Shown here: piece after piece, positions 26,838 to 28,929 of the stretch | How the letters are laid out: the number at the start of each line of letters is the position of its first letter | How positions within the stretch are numbered: the first letter of the stretch is position 1 | Assembly (NCBI GenBank): GCA_963812605.1 | Contig: CAWEWF010000015.1 | Span: 1-28,929 of the forward strand | Length of the DNA stretch: 28,929 nt | Reading direction: 5' to 3' | Source: an uncultured Verrucomicrobiae bacterium | Lineage (GTDB): Bacteria; Verrucomicrobiota; Verrucomicrobiia; Palsa-1439 | Program-made: the position numbers and the translations under genes | The notes under the pieces: generated by a model | What the model saw: the letters and a program-made list of their open reading frames with translations, nothing else | What the model was told of the DNA's origin: nothing | The model's database searches: none

Positions 26838-28817
26838 TCAAGAAGCAGGGCGCGGGTGTTTTTCGTCGAATCTTCGCAGCAATTCCAAGGTGACAGGGTT
26901 GTGAGGATCCTGCTTGAGAGACGATAGGTAGGCCTCGCGGGCTGCAGGAATATCTCCGCTTTGTTCCAATGTCTGCGCCAGAATCCCATAGCTGATGGCG
27001 GGGCCGATGCCAAGCTGGATGTTATGCCGACATTGGGCCTGGGCTTCCGGGGTCATCCCCAATTCATGATAAAGAATCGCGAGGTTCAAGTTGCTCTCCG
27101 GGTCGTGGGGGTCCGCTTGGGCCATCTCGCGACAGAGAGGAAGGGCCGCGGTTTTTTGGCCGGTGTTGAGATAACAGGTCATGAGCAGTTTCTTTACGTC
27201 CAGTAGGTCCGGCTCCTGTTGGAGGGCGATCCGGAAAGATGCGATGGCGTCCTGATAGTCGCCCTGCCGGACCAGGCTGGCCCCTTGGTTGGCATAGGTT
27301 TTGGCGCTGTTCAAAGCATCGGGATAGGCGACGAATTGGCCGTTCTTGCGGCAATCGAAAATCATATAGCCGGGAAACGCGGCTTCCCGAACCGGGGAAA
27401 AGTGGTCGCAGGCATAGCGGTAAAGCCCGGCGGCATAGGCCGTCGGATCGTCCACAAATATCAGGTACTTGATCTTGTTGGCGGGGTCACGGAGAAGTTC
27501 AAAGGCGGACGTGGCACTGTAATAGCGGATGCCCCTCTGTTTCAGTGAAATCACCAAGGGGTCCGTGTAGCTCAGACCCGTCACGAGCAGTCCCTCGTCG
27601 GGAGCCAGGTGGTTCGCGACCCAGATGGGAATGGCTCGGGAGGGCCACCCGGGGGACGAGAAAGAACGCCGCTGGAACGACCGCCCCACGAAGACTCATT
27701 GTAGTACGGTTGCGGTACTCCAAACAGCGTTAAGGCAACATTGACGGCGAGCACGAGCACAAGAATCAGCATTCGCAGAAACGAAACAGTGAAGAACGCA
27801 ATCGATAATCCAAGGAACGGCCACACCGCCGGGATGAGGAATGTGATCTCACGGATGTTGTTGCGAAAGTAAGGCGCCAGGAACACCAACCACAAACTCG
27901 CCAGGGACAACGGAAGCAATAAGGGGGTCAATTCGCGACGCTTTTTTACCGCGATCCAGATACCCACTCCCACCAAAATCGCCACGCCGGCATAATAGCG
28001 CCAAATCAAAACGAGTTGAAACAAGCTCCGATCCGGCCGGAACCCGAAAGCCGCCCGTATTTTCTCTTCCCCGAAAAAATTGAGGTTACTACTGTTCCAT
28101 TTGGCGGCAATGATCATGCTGGTAACGGGTAAGAGCGCCAGCAACAGCGAGAGATACCCCCATCGGCGATTTCGTTTGTCCGCGATGACCAACGGGAGCG
28201 TGACCAAGATGAAAAACCACAGGCAGAGTGCCGTCAGTTTGGTCAAAACCGCCAGCGCCATGGCGACGCCGAGCCAGATGAAATTCGACGCGCTGCGCCC
28301 CGGGTCTGGAGAGATGAATCAGTTGGATAAGCGCACAGATCAGAAAGAAAACCGAGATAACGTCCGGCATGGCCTTCGTGCTGAGGTTGACATGGAGCGG
28401 GAATACGGCCAGCAACCCGGCCGCCCAGAGGGCGTTGCGGCGAGAATGAGTGTACTGCCACACCAACGCGGCCATCGCGACAATCGAGAGCGTGCCGAAC
28501 AGCACCGGCCAGATTTTCATCCCCAGTTCATTCATCCCCAGGAGATGAATGGAGGGAATGCAGAGCAACGCATAGAAGCCGTCAGGTCGCGCATGGGTCA
28601 AAGCGTCGGTCACGAACAATGAACTGGGGTGGTACGCGTAGATTAGAAAGTGCGTTTCATCGTTGTCCATGATCCATCCCGTGAGCCGGTAGCCACGGAG
28701 CGCCAAACCGAGCAGGACGATCGCGACGAGCGACCAGAAATACCATGCCGGCACTCGTTTTTTCCCGGCAACAACGTCTGACATACCAGTCGAAAATTCA
28801 GGCAGCGCGGGAGTCAT
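26838..28817 (-). CDS. ArnT/PMT-like (GT39/GT83) membrane glycosyltransferase with C-terminal TPRs; apparent frameshifts near 28300 and 27650
   Basis: Three consecutive frame segments: LALRGYRL....DNDE...VLFGTLSI...LLAVFPLHV..S....PD; then WLGVAMALAVLTK plus TM helices; then a periplasmic domain with TPRs (ASFRIALQQEPD, AYLSSLKQDPHN). Alternative start at 28784. Confidence 0.78.
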
Positions 28818-28848
28818 GGGTCAGTTTGGATATAGCGGAATGCGGATG

Positions 28849-28876
28849 ATTGTAACGTCGGTGCACCCACAGTCAA
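28849..28876 (-). promoter_or_regulatory. Putative sigma70 promoter for the GT-C/TPR gene
   Basis: TTGACT-16 nt-TACAAT on the minus strand, 31 nt upstream of ATG 28817. Confidence 0.5.
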
Positions 28877-28929
28877 GGCGACTCCGGGGCATCTCCCAAA
28901 ATCTGCTTTACACTCCTCCCCGGCGTCGC

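Overview
GC-rich bacterial chromosomal window. The C-terminal FYRV-type surface protein and the TMTC-like TPR membrane proteins suggest Verrucomicrobiota (inference only). It holds housekeeping genes (icd, slyD, mscS, typA, tRNA-Ala-GGC, MPG glycosylase, GH31 glucosidase), two large secreted beta-rich proteins, a periplasmic coiled-coil repeat protein and two GT-C-fold TPR glycosyltransferases. The most unusual feature is at the icd 3' end. The last ~174 bp of icd are duplicated 741 bp downstream (21 mismatches, internal stop), and the two copies enclose only a small DUF6883/DUF4926-like gene pair, with no integrase. The displaced copy is followed by an HNH endonuclease whose ATG sits in exactly the same register, and then a DUF4160/DUF2442 toxin-antitoxin pair. 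This looks like serial cassette accretion by icd 3'-end replacement, starting at the position equivalent to the E. coli e14/phage 21 att site. Other oddities are a truncated gluconolactonase ending in a repeat/self-copy/repeat mosaic, a GTAG-REP doublet nested in a MITE-like element, and an MPG glycosylase with Lys at the catalytic Glu position. About seven single-base frameshifts across unrelated genes probably reflect sequencing error, so single-base observations need read-level confirmation. Domain names come from motif recognition, not from database searches.
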